The translations under genes and the position numbers were made by a program. DNA of 63,674 nt, the filler included, from Reticulomyxa filosa (lineage: Eukaryota > Protista > Foraminifera): assembly GCA_000512085.1 (NCBI GenBank). It is 22 parts of 22 records of this genome, joined end to end, with 100 filler letters (N's around TTAATTAATTAA, not from the genome) between each part and the next. Parts side by side here need not be neighbours in the genome. Positions count along the whole stretch, not along the records: positions 9,809 to 18,638 come from ASPP01012355.1; positions 18,739 to 20,875 come from ASPP01028244.1; positions 20,976 to 28,181 come from ASPP01011999.1; 19 more parts are not named here. The stretch is one strand, 5' to 3'. Below the pieces are notes generated by a model. The model did no database searches. It saw only the letters and a list, made by a program, of their open reading frames with translations, and was not told where the DNA came from. Below, piece after piece: positions 12,076-25,305 of this stretch (positions are counted from its first letter, which is position 1; each line of letters begins with the position of its first letter).

Positions 12076-12487
12076 TCACAATTTGCGATCACAAAAATAG
12101 TAAACAACATTGCCATGAATGGATCTTATCGCATCATTCCACCCAATAATGAAGGTGTCTCTCCACCATTCTCGCCTTGTTCTTTGGCTCAGTGCAATTT
12201 CATTGAGATTTACTTGATTAGTATTGTCACGTTGCAGTTTCAACTCTGCCTGTTATCACCACCTCACTTATGTTTTAAGGGTGTCGAGGTCATATTGTCG
12301 AAATAAGACAAAAGCAAATTTCGATTTTTTAGTGCATTTGTTTAACATTTTTTTTTGGAGGTATTTGCAGTTCCCACAGCTGTCGCGTCACTGGATAATA
12401 ACTTTTTTCAAGTTGGGAACTGAAGGTGCCATAAGCTATACCTCCTGCAATAAGTCCTGCAATATACTGAGAAACACGACCGCTCAT
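12076..12487 (-). CDS. Putative MICOS subunit Mic12/MIC13(QIL1)-like, 104 aa, two exons (12487-12347, 12249-12076)
   Basis: A phase-0 GT..AG intron at 12250-12346 gives MSGRVSQYIAGLIAGGIAYGTFSSQLEKSYYPVTRQLWELQIPPKKN/AELKLQRDNTNQVNLNEIALSQRTRREWWRDTFIIGWNDAIRSIHGNVVYYFCDRKL*. It has an N-terminal GxxxG hydrophobic helix and a C-terminal WN motif. Confidence 0.6.
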
Positions 12488-12818
12488 TTTTTTAAAAAAA
12501 GATTTGAACGGGGAAGTATAATTCTCACTTTTTTCTCAAGTACTCCTTGACAACAAGACTCTGAACACTGGAAACTTAGGTTTAAAAACAAGTTAATTAT
12601 TTTTTTACAACTTCTTTGTGTTTTTGTCAACCAAAATTGAAGATTTCAAATGTCATGAAAGGCAAAGTAATTCTCTTTAGTGAAACATATATTCACATAT
12701 TAAAAATACCGATTTGCAAATTTTTATTAATTTTGTTTTAGAGCTTGTCGCCAAAAAAGTTTATTTAACCGGCCAGAGGCCTCGGTGCTTTTCTACTTAA
12801 TTTTGTTAAATAAAAAAA

Positions 12819-14717
12819 ATGAAAGATAAATTAGGATATCTTTTCCATCTTAATGCAGTGCTTTCAGATTTTACTTCTTTTGAGCAGTATCTAAAGTTGC
12901 TGGAAGCAGGCCTAGGCTCAGATCTAACTAAAATGCGGGAAATGCTTTTCCAAAGTTTTTTTCATACCTTGTCGCAAACAAGCGAGGAAAAAATGGAAGA
13001 GTGGATTAGAATAGCTACAGAGATAAATTCAGTGAAAGTGATAGAGAAATCGTCAAGCATTGTGGACGATGTAAAAAATGTGAAAGACGAAGAGGTCGAA
13101 ACAAAGGAGCCAGTAACAGCAATAACAACAACAGGATTGTTAAATTTGACGGAGTCATTAGTGCAAAAAATTTGCAGTAATTATTTGGACGACTATTCGA
13201 TAATAACTTTGCAAAGAGTCAACCGAAAGCTATTTATCGAAGTGAGAACAAAATACTTGAACGAGATGTCGCGCAATTTTTCGTTGTTACCTCGAATAAT
13301 GTCCAATTCTGCAAACTACCGATTTGAGCCCCATCACTTAGTGAGTTTCCACAAACGAAGATCCATTTCTTTGAAGGAGCATGTAGCAATCACTTTGGAC
13401 GTGCAAATTTCAACCCTACTCCAGTATTTCACCAATGTTCGCTATTTGGATTTTTTCAGCGCCTCGCCAAATTTTTCTGCCATTCCAAGTGTGTAATATA
13501 CGCAATATACCTTTGCATTTGCTGACAATTTTTTTTAATGATCCCCCCCCCTCTTTGCTCAAAAAAAAAAAAAAAAAAAGATGTGACAGAAAAAATCAAA
13601 GAATGGAAATTTCCAAAGTTACAATGGCTCGGATTAGACGCAAGTTTTACAGAGTCCGATTTCAGTCTTGTTTTGAGTCTTATAAAGAACCACGCGGCCA
13701 CTTTGAATACGTTATCACTGATGCAATGGACTCATGACTACCTTAATCACAACCAGTTAATTTACAATTTTTTTTTTATTTTTTTTATTTTTTTAAAAGT
13801 ATACAACATCAAACGCAATATATATATCATATTAGCAACAACAACAAAAAAAAAAAAAAAAAATAGGATTATAAATTTTTTTGTTATGTGTCGATATCAA
13901 AAGATTGATCGAACTTTGCACAAAGGACTTGGCGAAATTAGAATGTTTGGATTTGAGCTTGTGTCCTGATGTGTCTTGTGCAATGCAACTGGTGGAATGG
14001 AACGACGAGCAACATACGACTTCGAAACAAAAATATGCATCGTTTGATTTGAATTTTCATCAGTGCGAGAATATTCCGGTGATTGAGGCGGTGAAGCAGA
14101 GACGTGTGAACGCATTGACCATAGTTGGCGCTTCCGAGGCAATCAACTGGTCCACTCCAAACTCGTTTGAGAGGGTCGAAAGCAACGTCGAACATTTGCG
14201 ATTGGCCTTTGTAGCCACTACAGATTTTGTTACGTTGACGTATCTGCCGTTAAATGAAATATGGACCCAAAACGGAGTCGTAATGCCACTCCTGAGCACG
14301 TTGGATGTGGAACTCGAAAATCGCTTTGTCACTGCCAACAACTTAGCCACTATTCGACAATGCGTGGAACAGAGCTTTGGAAATCCTCAGCTTTATTTGA
14401 GCAAGTACTTGCAGACGAATATCAATGACACCAAAAAAATTGAACGTGTTACTTTGAGACTTTGTTACAAGCATCACAAAAATGACTCCACATTGTGGAA
14501 GGATAATATCCTCTATATTGAAAACATGGTCCGTTCCTGGCTATCGTTTTGGAAACCTTTGCATCTTACCATTTCTGTTACTACTGAAAATCATAATCGC
14601 GATTGGAATAATCTGGAAAAAATTTGGCAAGACATTCGAAATCGAATCAGGCAAGTTTGGAAAAGCTTTCAACAACATGACAACACAATGCAAGATTGCG
14701 ACATTAACGTTCGATAA
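12819..14717 (+). CDS. F-box-like / LRR-like protein, three exons
   Basis: LLNLTESLVQKICSNYLDDYSIITLQRVNRKL is F-box-like. FPKLQWLGL, LNTLSL and LAKLECLDLSLC are LRR-like. Introns at 13489-13580 and about 13756-13866. The third exon needs a 1-nt correction in the T run near 13880. Confidence 0.6.
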
Positions 14718-17144
14718 ATTGTCACTGTTTTTCTTTTGATGTTTTAATACATCGACAAATAAAACACTTTGTAAAAACACTTTTCAAATACAATTTGATG
14801 AAGCAATATTTCTTTGTTCATTACAAAGAAGAGATAGCTGAACAATGTATACTTCCAATCTTTTGATGTTTAAATTGTATATTCGGATTGCATACAAAAT
14901 TGATTAATCTTGAATAAATGTTAAAAAAGGATTGATGATCGCAATAAACAACAGCAATGCTATATATTAAATAAAGAGTGATGAAAATTTACTTAGTTAT
15001 AACTGTTTGAAAATATAGTGCATATCGATCAGTTATTAAGGACACATCAAACAAGTAATAAATTAATTAAAGGGGATGCAAATGTTTCAAAATTCACTAA
15101 TCTTGAATATGTGATGATAAAGTAAACTGTTAATAAAAAAAATTGAGCAAAAGTATCCCATTTTATCAACCAAAACTACAAATACTTAAAACAATGTTAA
15201 CATGTGCGTTTATTCTGCTGAAGAAGAAAAATCAACAGTAGCACACATTAGCGATAATTTATAACTATAAAATGCGGTTTTTAATTTATTTTGAATTGGA
15301 TTGAAGTTAAATGTAATAATTAATTTTTTTATCTTATAGAAGTTCATAGTATCAAAAATGACAACATAGTGAAGAAGAGCTGATATTTATATTTTGTGTC
15401 ATACTATATCAAGAAAACAATGATATTTGTATCTCAAAACAAGCTAATATAAAGATTTACATTATGTTATTAGTACTTAAATTACAACATACTCGCTTAA
15501 TGTTATTTGTTTTTAAAACGAGTTAAAAATAAAAGCTTTGAATAAAAGTTGAATTAGCTACTTAAATAAGCGATTTACCTCAAATGGCTTATACACAACA
15601 ACAAAACTAAAATATAAATTCAAATAATTTTATTTTGTTTAGATTGACATTTTAAATAAACTAAAAACGCAAAAAAATTTATTAGAATATGTAAATCATA
15701 TTTTCAAAAATCTTACTATTGTAATAACTTTATCACATTTAGCTGGATCTTATTTAATTAATTTAACTTAATATTGAAAAATCTAAAAATAAAATAGCAT
15801 GCACCACTTATAACTAACGTTTATATCAATAAACAAAAGTGTTAGTACTAATAAGTTGTTATGAAAGTTTTCAAACAACACAAAGACATATTAACACATT
15901 TTTAGATTCATATTATCGTTAAAGCAGAATATTTTCACATTTGCATCACTTCATTCAATATTGAAATTCACAATGCTTGTGTGCTAAAGTGACATAAACT
16001 ACAATTTAGTATAAATAAAGAATTAATTATAATATCGCCAAAAAGAAGTATATACTAGAATTTACTTACCTTTTCTATTGTGATCATTAGTACTGCGCAT
16101 GAAATCGAAAAGTCAATAACTAAGCTTTTGCTTTCAAAGAAAAAATTACAAAACAGTTACAACGTATACGATTAACTAAAATTGGGTTTTTTCGTAAGTT
16201 TTTTTATTTACTTATTATAAAGTTATAATTATATTGATAAAATGATAATTTTTACCACAAATGATAACAAAGTTATGTGTTAACTATAATCACTTTGCAA
16301 AGTTAATGCAGCCATTCTTTATAAGAATTTTGTAGAAATTTTTTACTTAAAAAACCACGAAATTTCTGGAAGATTTTGAGTTTATTTGTAGATAAAAAAG
16401 CAATATTCTTTTAGTATTATTTGAAATAAACAACTATTATGTTCTTATCAAACATGACATGGTTTTCCCAGACGTATAGTGGCAAGATCCTACTGTCTGT
16501 CGTTAAGATTCAAGTGAACCCTGAATTTCCCTTTTCCAAAACTTAAAAATCGACTTCCATACTTCTTCAATATTCCTCTCATTACGTTTTTTCTTTTCAT
16601 TTATTTAATTCATTTCTGCTAGTTGAAAATTGCTAAAAGAGCACTTTCATATTACACTTGCAAATTTCATTGACGCAATAGTGTATATATTGTAATAGCA
16701 AATGGATTCGTGTTATGAAGAAAAATGATAAAACTCGATAGTATCACCATTTTTCGCGTTGTATTCAATTAGATGCAATGTCCATTAACAATTGCAATAA
16801 TCGAAGTGAAAAGAAAATGATCTACTTCAAAGGTAAAATTGATCTAAAAAATATGTGAAATCTATTTAATATTATTCCCAAAGTCAATTATTCATAAATT
16901 TAAATTATTTGAAAAAACAATGTTTTGTTAATGCAATGCATTTATTTCAAGAAATTGACTAATAATTTAAGTTTTACTTTATTCCTTCATTTAGTTATTT
17001 CTAAACTGAAAAATAATAACTATCAAAATAGAGGACCAGAATTTTGTCACAAGATTTAAAAAAAAGAGAAAGAAGCTGGTCCATTGCGTCCAGCGTTTTT
17101 TTGGGGGGATAAGCAAGAATTTTTTATCATTTGGTGGAAATAAA

Positions 17145-18165
17145 ATGACGAGGATGCGTCCCTTATTATTACTGGCTTTATTTGTCATACATTGTGGCCA
17201 AAGTGTAAAAGATTGGCTTTTGAATGATATTTATTCTTATCCAAATGTGACCCTAACAAAGTGCAAGATAAACGATCTCCCGTGTTTGGAGCTGAGTAAT
17301 GGATTGATATCCCGAAAATTTTTGATCTCTCCAAATTTTGCCACGATTGAATACAACACGCACCTGCAAGAGCCCTACAATGCAGGTATTCGAGCAATAA
17401 CCCCAGAAGGTCACGTCGGGTTGAATGGGAAAACATATGGGGTTGGAGGAATTGAGTTTAAATCGAACATAACGCATACGTATCTAAATCTGAGTTGGAT
17501 AACAGCAAACAACGTGCAAACGAACACCTCGTTTACTCTTCAATTTGTTTCCTATCAAACCTCAACCACCCTATACAAGCCTTATGAGTTTCGTCTCAAA
17601 AAAAAAAAAAAAAAAAAAAAGAGTTAAGCACACGAAATTGCAAACTTCAAAAAAAAAAAAAAGGTGGATCCCAGGAACACGACACTCTCCAAAAGATATT
17701 CCATGGCCCCCATTGGGACTGGCATTGGAAGTCATTTTCGCGCCAGTAAACGTACCAATTGACATCCAAGTTGTTATTTTGACTTTTTTTTTTTTTTTTT
17801 TCTTCAAACAAATTAAAATAAACATACGTATACACATATACATTGTAGATGTTATACATATACACATATTATTATTATTATTATTATTTTTTTTTGAACG
17901 AGGGTCAATAGAATATTCGTGTAAAGGTGCGATATGAAATGTTGCAAGGAATGCCAATAATGACAAAAATGCTAAGCGTGTACTCATTGAACGCAACCGA
18001 CACACAAAACGTATGGTTGACATACATGGAACCGGAAATGCTGTGTGTAAACCCCCCGTTTTCTAGCGGAACGTGGGGAGGTTATCCCAATGGTCTGTTG
18101 ATGATAGATACCGATATTGTTAGTTCCTTTCTCCTTTCAATTGATTCATTTGCATAAATACATAT

Positions 18166-18197
<32 letters not shown>

Positions 18198-18605
18198 ATA
18201 TGTATTTATGCCAATTTCTTCTTTTTTTTTTTTTTTTGTTTAAAAAATGAAAGGCACACAGTAGTGAAATACAATGGTTCACCGAGGCCGGACAAAGCTC
18301 GTCACCGGGCTCAATGCAACCCTGTGTACGTGTATATTATGCCCCGCAATCGGAGCAAAGTGCTTGGGCGGTGCGACTGGCACCGGAATTGCCGGGAACA
18401 GAAAATGGTTGGTTTGACTCGTTTCGCGTGTTGGAGGTGTTGACCGATTCGAAGAGCATTGGAGACATGGAGAGACTCGGCTTGGCACAAAGGAGGATGA
18501 TGAAGTATTTGACGCCCTGCGTGATGGAAAACCCCATTTACGTTGAAGTCACAAGTGTGGATACGGAGATCGTCTCCCGAATGATTGATCAATGTAATGA
18601 AACAG
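17145..18605 (+). CDS. Secreted glycoside-hydrolase-like protein (putative alpha-galactosidase family), 5' part, multi-exon
   Basis: Signal peptide MRPLLLLALFVIHCG. Motifs LELSNGLISRKFLISPNFAT, WPPLGL, VRYEMLQGMP and FDSFRVLEVLTDS...ERLGLAQRRMM...ENP resemble, from memory, a family annotated as alpha-galactosidase. The catalytic domain lies beyond the contig end. Confidence 0.5.
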
Positions 18606-20989
18606 GTATTGCGTGTTTATAATCAAATGCATAATATANNNNNNNNNNNNNNNNNNNNNNNNNNNNNNNNNNNNNNNNNNNNTTAATTAATTAANNNNNN
18701 NNNNNNNNNNNNNNNNNNNNNNNNNNNNNNNNNNNNNNTTATAAATTGTAAATAATGCAATATATTTAGCTTGGCTAAAATGAATAATCAATATATTTAA
18801 ACATAAAAAAATTTTCATTATTACTATTTCAAAAAAAAATATGTAATTTTTTAAGATAATCAAATCTCATCACTAGAAAAATAAGAATTAAATGTATATC
18901 TTTTAATTGTAATACCCTTCAATCCTTATTGCCTTTATAATGTAGATTAGATCTAACTCCAGATTTTCTCTGCTTGAATGCATATCAATAAAATGTACGT
19001 TGACAAATATCTTTAACTTGTTTGGATCTAAGCAACAAGAAAGCTTAAATGTAGTTTTCCTAATGTGACTATATATTTGAGACCAATAACTTGTGTACAT
19101 CCTGCTTTTCTTATCCAATGAACATGAAAAGCAATACAGTCTATCTCATTATTTTTAATTCATCACTTCCTTTCATTCTAGTTCGTGAAGATATTACATG
19201 TATATTGTTTCTTTTCAGTTGTTTGTGTTCCACTATACAACAAAGCATATTATCTCGTAAGATGTTTATTTTACTTACAATAAGTCCATACTTGCTTCTC
19301 TTTTCAATGGTGGTGAGGTCTTTTGAAGTTGCGGTTGCTGGCGTTTACACACAAGGGATTTTTAAGATAAAGTTTTAAAAAGACATTTTTTGCTACTAAC
19401 AAATGATATACTCTCAGCTTGAATATCATGATATTATCGGAATAATAAAAAGAGTTTATTTTAATGACAAAAAGGTATTGTAGTTAGAGTTTGTTATCCG
19501 AAAGCCAAAATAGTAATATTTTTCCTAATTAGCAACAAATCTATCTTACAAAATAATTTTACTTTTAAAAAGTGTACAGTGATTTACGGAACAGCTCTCA
19601 AACGTGACTTTGTTGAAGGGTTTTTTTAGTTGGCAAAAGAAAAGTAAGCTTCGAGCCTCCCCTTACAGCCAACAATGCAAGCAGATATTGAAAAACATCA
19701 AACCGCGTTGGGTCTTTCTCTCCGTCATATCAATCATGTTACCTTGGCCTGCATATTGCAAACATTTTTGTACTGCAACACAAACCTTGACAGTAAATTA
19801 CAAAAAAAAATTGAGACAATTGGACAAAAATTGCGAACAATTTTTCGTCAGTTGACTAATTGAGATTGTTCAAAACATACTTTTTCCCCACTTCAACTGA
19901 CTGTTGTCGTAAAGCTTTTCTTTCTCTTTATAAAGTTCAAAATGTTATATAAAGTAAAATATTTGTGATACGTACATGAACTTGGCAAAAACTAAGTTGT
20001 AACTAATTTTTGCCATGAAGTTTGAAACTTACGAATCTGAAATTAGCATATAAATAGAATTAATTAATTAGAGCAGCCTTACATCTAGATATCAATTGAG
20101 GACAGCTTTTAAAGAGAATAGCATCAGACCAAAAAAACCAGGAAGAAGTTCGAAGTTTAGTTTGAAAGCAACAACATTGTTGTCATTCTTCTCTAAAAGA
20201 GAGCAAGTGAATGAATGAGCACTACTATTAATACAACAATCGCTGCTGCGCAATTAGTACTAATTCTTCAAACATTTCAAAAATTTGCTTGCTTTTAGTT
20301 CACACAAACGAATTTGACTGTATGTAATAAATTAATTAGTCAAAAAATGTTATTGAAGTAATCATCCAAAATTGGATTCAAATTTTGAATGTAAATTGGG
20401 ATAGATAAATGGTTTGACAAACTTATGTCTTTTTTTTTTTGCGTTTCTTAATTTTTTAATCAAAATTTTTAAAAATTTAATTAAAGCTGTTTCTTCGTGG
20501 AAAATCAATTAGCTTCATAGTTGGCAACTTTTTGACTATTTTTAGTATAACTGCAAACTACTGTATTATGGATTGAAAAAAGCGATACTAGAAAACATTA
20601 AGAACTAAACAACAATCGTCTTGTACAATCATTTTTTTTAAAACAATGAAAAAAAAAAACTATTTGTATCACCTTGTCAATTTTACTCAATGGCATCTAA
20701 GGATGGAATGTCAATGCGTTCCAATTGTTGTAAGAGCTCATTGGCATTGTCTGCCAAGGATTTGAGTAGCTTTCTATTTTCAAGTGCGTGTTAACAACAA
20801 ACCTGCATTTACAAATCTTTGCAATGGTGTGACGGATTTACGAAAAACGGACTCAATCCTCTCTTTCAAGCAACTNNNNNNNNNNNNNNNNNNNNNNNNN
20901 NNNNNNNNNNNNNNNNNNNTTAATTAATTAANNNNNNNNNNNNNNNNNNNNNNNNNNNNNNNNNNNNNNNNNNNNCACAAGCGTCAAAG

Positions 20990-22207
20990 ATGCACTCGGC
21001 AATGCAGACAAGAAAGCAGCGTGGTGTACCCGTCGGTGTTGCGCAAGTTGTATTGGATGTCAAGGACGTGAAAGGGGGTCAAGTGGGGTCGTTGAACGGC
21101 CATGCCGTGGCTAGCTTTTTGACGCAATGGTATAACGACGACGACATTCACCAGTTTTGGGATGACTTTCACATCAACTACACGTCAGTGGTGCGCTATC
21201 CCCCATGGCAGTTCCCCGGAGATGGGACCGAGGCAGAGCTCGACGTGCAGTACTTGACGGCCATTGGCGAAAAGATCCCAACCATTGTCATGGACGTGGA
21301 AGACAACTTATACTTTTTGACACTGCTGCAACAGATTGGTGACATGGAGAACCCCCCTCGGGTCGTGTCCATGTCGTACGGAGGTGGGGAACAGTACAAT
21401 ACCATTGTGTACTGCGGACGTGCTAATATCGAGTTTGCAAAGGTGGCTTTGATGGGCATTTCATTTTTGGCCTCGTCGGGCGACTCCGGGGCCACGGACA
21501 GCCACGGCTGGTGCGACGATGGACGCTACGTACCCAACTTCCCTGCTTCCAGTATGTTTGTTACTGCCGTCGGCGGTATCGAAGGGGGCGAGTACACTGA
21601 CGATGTGTCCGACTTCACTCATGAAAAAGCATGGTATTACGGAGGCGGTGGCTTCTCCTGGTTTTTCCCGAGACCCAAATGGCAAGACTTGGCCGTTGGA
21701 CGCTATCTCAACTTGTCCTCCTTGCCCATGCAATTCCGATGGAATCGCGATGGCAAGGCCATGCCCGATATCAGCTTGCAAGCTGTCGATTATGCCGTTT
21801 GTATTGATGGCCAGTATTATGCTGTTAGTGGGACCAGTGCTTCTTGTCCTACTTTTGCTGGAATGATTTCGACCATTAATGATTATCGTTTGGCCAGGTT
21901 TTTTTTTTTTTTTGTTTGTTTTGTTTTTGTTTTGCAATAGACACACTCTTTTTTTTGGGTGGGGGGGGACGGTTTTAGAGGCAAACCTCCGCTTGGATTT
22001 GTCAGTCCTGCTTTGTATTACCTGTTTGAACAAGACCCGGATTATTATTTCAATGATGTTGTCGAAGGGCACATTGAAGGGTGTATCGACGAAGGTGGGG
22101 TCTCGTTTCATACTACTCCCGGATGGGACGCTTGTGCCGGCTTGGGCAGTCCCAAATTCTCAAGACTGTTTGAAGGACTGGTTGATCTAGTGGCATCTAG
22201 CGACTAA
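20990..22207 (+). CDS. TPP1: Sedolisin / tripeptidyl-peptidase I (peptidase S53), catalytic part
   Basis: Motifs EAELDVQY (E/D), ASSGDSG, SGTSASCP (catalytic Ser) and GWDACAGLGSP. Intron at 21898-21978. Confidence 0.92.
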
Positions 22208-22989
22208 CTCAATAAAATAATTCATTCGAATTTAAGCTTTTTTCCTTTTTTTTTGACCATTGGACCACAATCATCAAAAAATACATAATATAAAAAGTAA
22301 GAAACACTTTTTCCTGGTCATGACTCTTTTATACACACGTCCGATGTCTTTTTTTTGTATGATGTTTTTCTATTCGATGTTGTGTTGATAAACTTCAATT
22401 CAATCTTCAACAGATTAATGATTGAAGAGAAGTTTATTTTGGAGTTAACTTTTTCATCTGACGTCACATAATAAGTCTTGTTGTTTCTCTTTCTTTTTTT
22501 GCTTGTCGAGAATTTGTTTCTGCTATCCGTTATCTAACTTTCAAAATTTCGTGCTTAAGTTTGTAATTTTTTTTAGCTGTACAAATAAAAGTTCATTTAT
22601 AATAACTTAAAAAGAATCATATCCAAATTGAAATACAATTGAACATATCATTTCTTCTGGTGCAAATACTTACCAAATATTTTTAAAACAAAACGAAATA
22701 ATATTTTTGTTTTTTTTTGTGACATTCTTCTTAACATCTTAATACCAGAGGTATCACTTTTCATTTATGATCTAATTCTTGAAAACTAATTTGTTGCTTT
22801 TTTTACATTTTTCTTAGTCAATATGAGATCTTAAGAAGAACAAGCTCTTGCGAATAAAATTAATCGATTTGGGGCCTTTTCTCTCTGCAAAAGTAAAATG
22901 ATATTGAGTTCAAAAGAGAGGGAAGAAAAAAAATTATTGCAAACGATGAAACAAGTTTAAAAAGATGACCAAAAAAAAATTATATTGGT

Positions 22990-24151
22990 TCACATTATCT
23001 GTGGTTGTGGTTGTTGTCCATTGTTTTGTATAACATCTTTAAGCCACGTTGGTTCACCGGAAGTAGGGACATTGAGACCAAGTGCAGGAATTTTGTTCCC
23101 ATCTTCGTCTTCTTCTTCTTGGTTGGGATCATCTTCAAAGGAAGAGGCATTGAAGACATAGGACAAAGTGATTTCATCTAAATCAGTCATTTTGGGATCA
23201 TTTAAAATGGCAGGGTCAATAAAAAACAACACAGGCATATCAACAGTTTCGTGGCCGCGAAGTCTTTGCTCTTCAAAACAAAAGCATTGGACTTTAATAA
23301 AATATCGCGCAGCTTTGAAGGGAAGCACAGTATACGTACTCACAGCCGAAACCGGGCCATTGTCATGGTTATGAGCAGTAAAAAATGCCAAAGTGCTTTC
23401 TCCAGCACGTGTTACAACATAGTTTTGCACTGGATAAAAGTCCCACGGCGTATTTGCGCCTTTCACAATTTATTTATTTATTTTTTTTTAATTTAAAAGA
23501 GTTTATAAACAAACAAATAAAAAATTGTGAAAAAAGAATATATTATCTTTATTTCCAACAACACATAAAAAAAAACATACCCCCACACCTGTTCTGGAAT
23601 CAAAACGCACCAGAAATTTACGGTTATGTCCAGGCATGCTTTTATTTTCTCTGTTTTCGTTGAAAGCTGCCAATTCTTCCAACTTTTTCTTGGCTTTCGG
23701 GTTTATTGTGCCCGACCACCCAAACTCTTGGCAGGCCAGTCGATATAACGGCGCACTTGCATATGCCAGTCCTAAGAATGTCATCCACAGACATGCCTGA
23801 TGGTGCACCCCCCCCAATGCATCCAACAATCGATTTATTTTTTATGCGTTTAAGAAAGAAGAAGAAAGGGATAAAACCAAAAAACAGACATCCGCTTTGA
23901 TTGGAAAAAAGTGGAAGGGGGGCCTAAACGAGATATATTGCAACGTCTGCTGGCGGTTTTTTAGAGTGCTTGACAACTAATCGATCCAATATTTTGTCGA
24001 TCCCTTTCCCGGTTATCGCCTTTTCGTCAGGTCTTTGACGAGGGTTTGGTGCCATGTAGCTAATCCTTCTGTTTAAGTGAAGATGCTGACTTCGCAAAAA
24101 CGTTCTCGAGAGGCATATAGAAGGAGAATGCCGCAGCCAAATACTAGTCAT
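22990..24151 (-). CDS. COX11: Cytochrome c oxidase copper chaperone COX11, three exons
   Basis: Mitochondrial-like presequence, TM segment LAYASAPLYRLACQEFG, YFIKVQCFCFEEQRL (CFCF copper motif) and VDMPVLFFIDP. The intron at 23460-23588 gives RFDSRTGANTPW. Confidence 0.95.
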
Positions 24152-24568
24152 GTTAATCAATGATATTATGGAAAATATTATGGATTCAATTCTTGAACCC
24201 CTTTTTCATTTTTTAGAAACTCGAAAAGAAGGACAAGTTTTTGGTTTTAACCTGCAAATAAAAATTAAAATAAGCCCACTTTTCATACTGCTCATCTTAT
24301 GCGCAAAGATACATAAATTTTAGGTGAAATTTGATTAAAGTCTTTTTATTTTGTACAAGGAATCAAAAAAACTACATAAAGTTTTTTTAGCTACACTTAA
24401 AAAATCTAGTGAACAATGCCATTCCTTCTGGAATATGTTTACTGAACGATGCGAAGAGCAAAAATGTTTTGTAGTGGTGAAAAGGCCCAAAAGAAAGTTA
24501 CTTGCAATATTAGATCTTGTTTAGTTTGAAAAAAAAATTAAAGGAAAAACAAAACACACCATTTTTAT

Positions 24569-25305
24569 TTAAGAACATTCAGAATGATGAATGTTCGTGT
24601 GTCTGTTGAGTGATACCCTCCTATTTGTATGCACACATTGCCTTGTATTTTTATCGACTTTTGAGCAATAATAATAAAAAAGCAAAAATACCTAGCAAAT
24701 GCCTTTGAACATCGATGACATAAATATGCTTTGACTTTGATGTGGAAACTGCTCACATGACGAGACAAATTGCATGGGTCCACAAATTTCATTTCACAAA
24801 AAGAACAAGAATATTTTTTTTCTTGGAAATGTGTTGCTTCGTGTTTTCGCAAATCCCATGAAGTGCCAAATTTTTTGTTGCACTTTTCAAACCCACAACG
24901 AAAAGGTTTCCGATGAACACGAGTTACATGGCGTCCTTTTTTTTTCATATTATTTGTGTTTAAAAGAATAAACTCTCATTTGTTAACAATTTTTACAACT
25001 CACCTAATTTTTGCAAGGATGTATACGTTTCATCACAGACATCACAACGGTAGGTTTTAATACAGCCATCGTCTAGGTTTGTGGTTTTTGCTTTATGACT
25101 CGCTTGATCGATATTTGTAATGTGTTCTTTTGGGCTTTCTTTCTTTTTTTTTTGTCGAGGGAATAAAGAATACTTGTTGAATTTATCCAATTTTGAAGAC
25201 CCTAAAAAGGCACTGCTGGGGAACCAAGCCCTCGTTAAGCGTGATACAGCTTTTTCTACATTTTTGGATATCAGCTTCAGCCTTTTTTATTTCGTTTTTC
25301 AACAT
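24569..25305 (-). CDS. C2H2 zinc-finger protein (4 fingers), multi-exon; start uncertain
   Basis: Fingers: CDVCDETYTSLQKL/GRHVTRVH (intron 24936-25003), CGFEKC...HEATH, CSFC...HVSSFH and CHRCSKAFAR/RVSLNRHTNIH. Confidence 0.85.

Noticed and set aside
20684-20775. Possible terminal exon on the minus strand (KLLKSLADNANELLQQLERIDIPSLDAIE*)
   Set aside because: Too short, and no consistent upstream exon could be joined within the contig.
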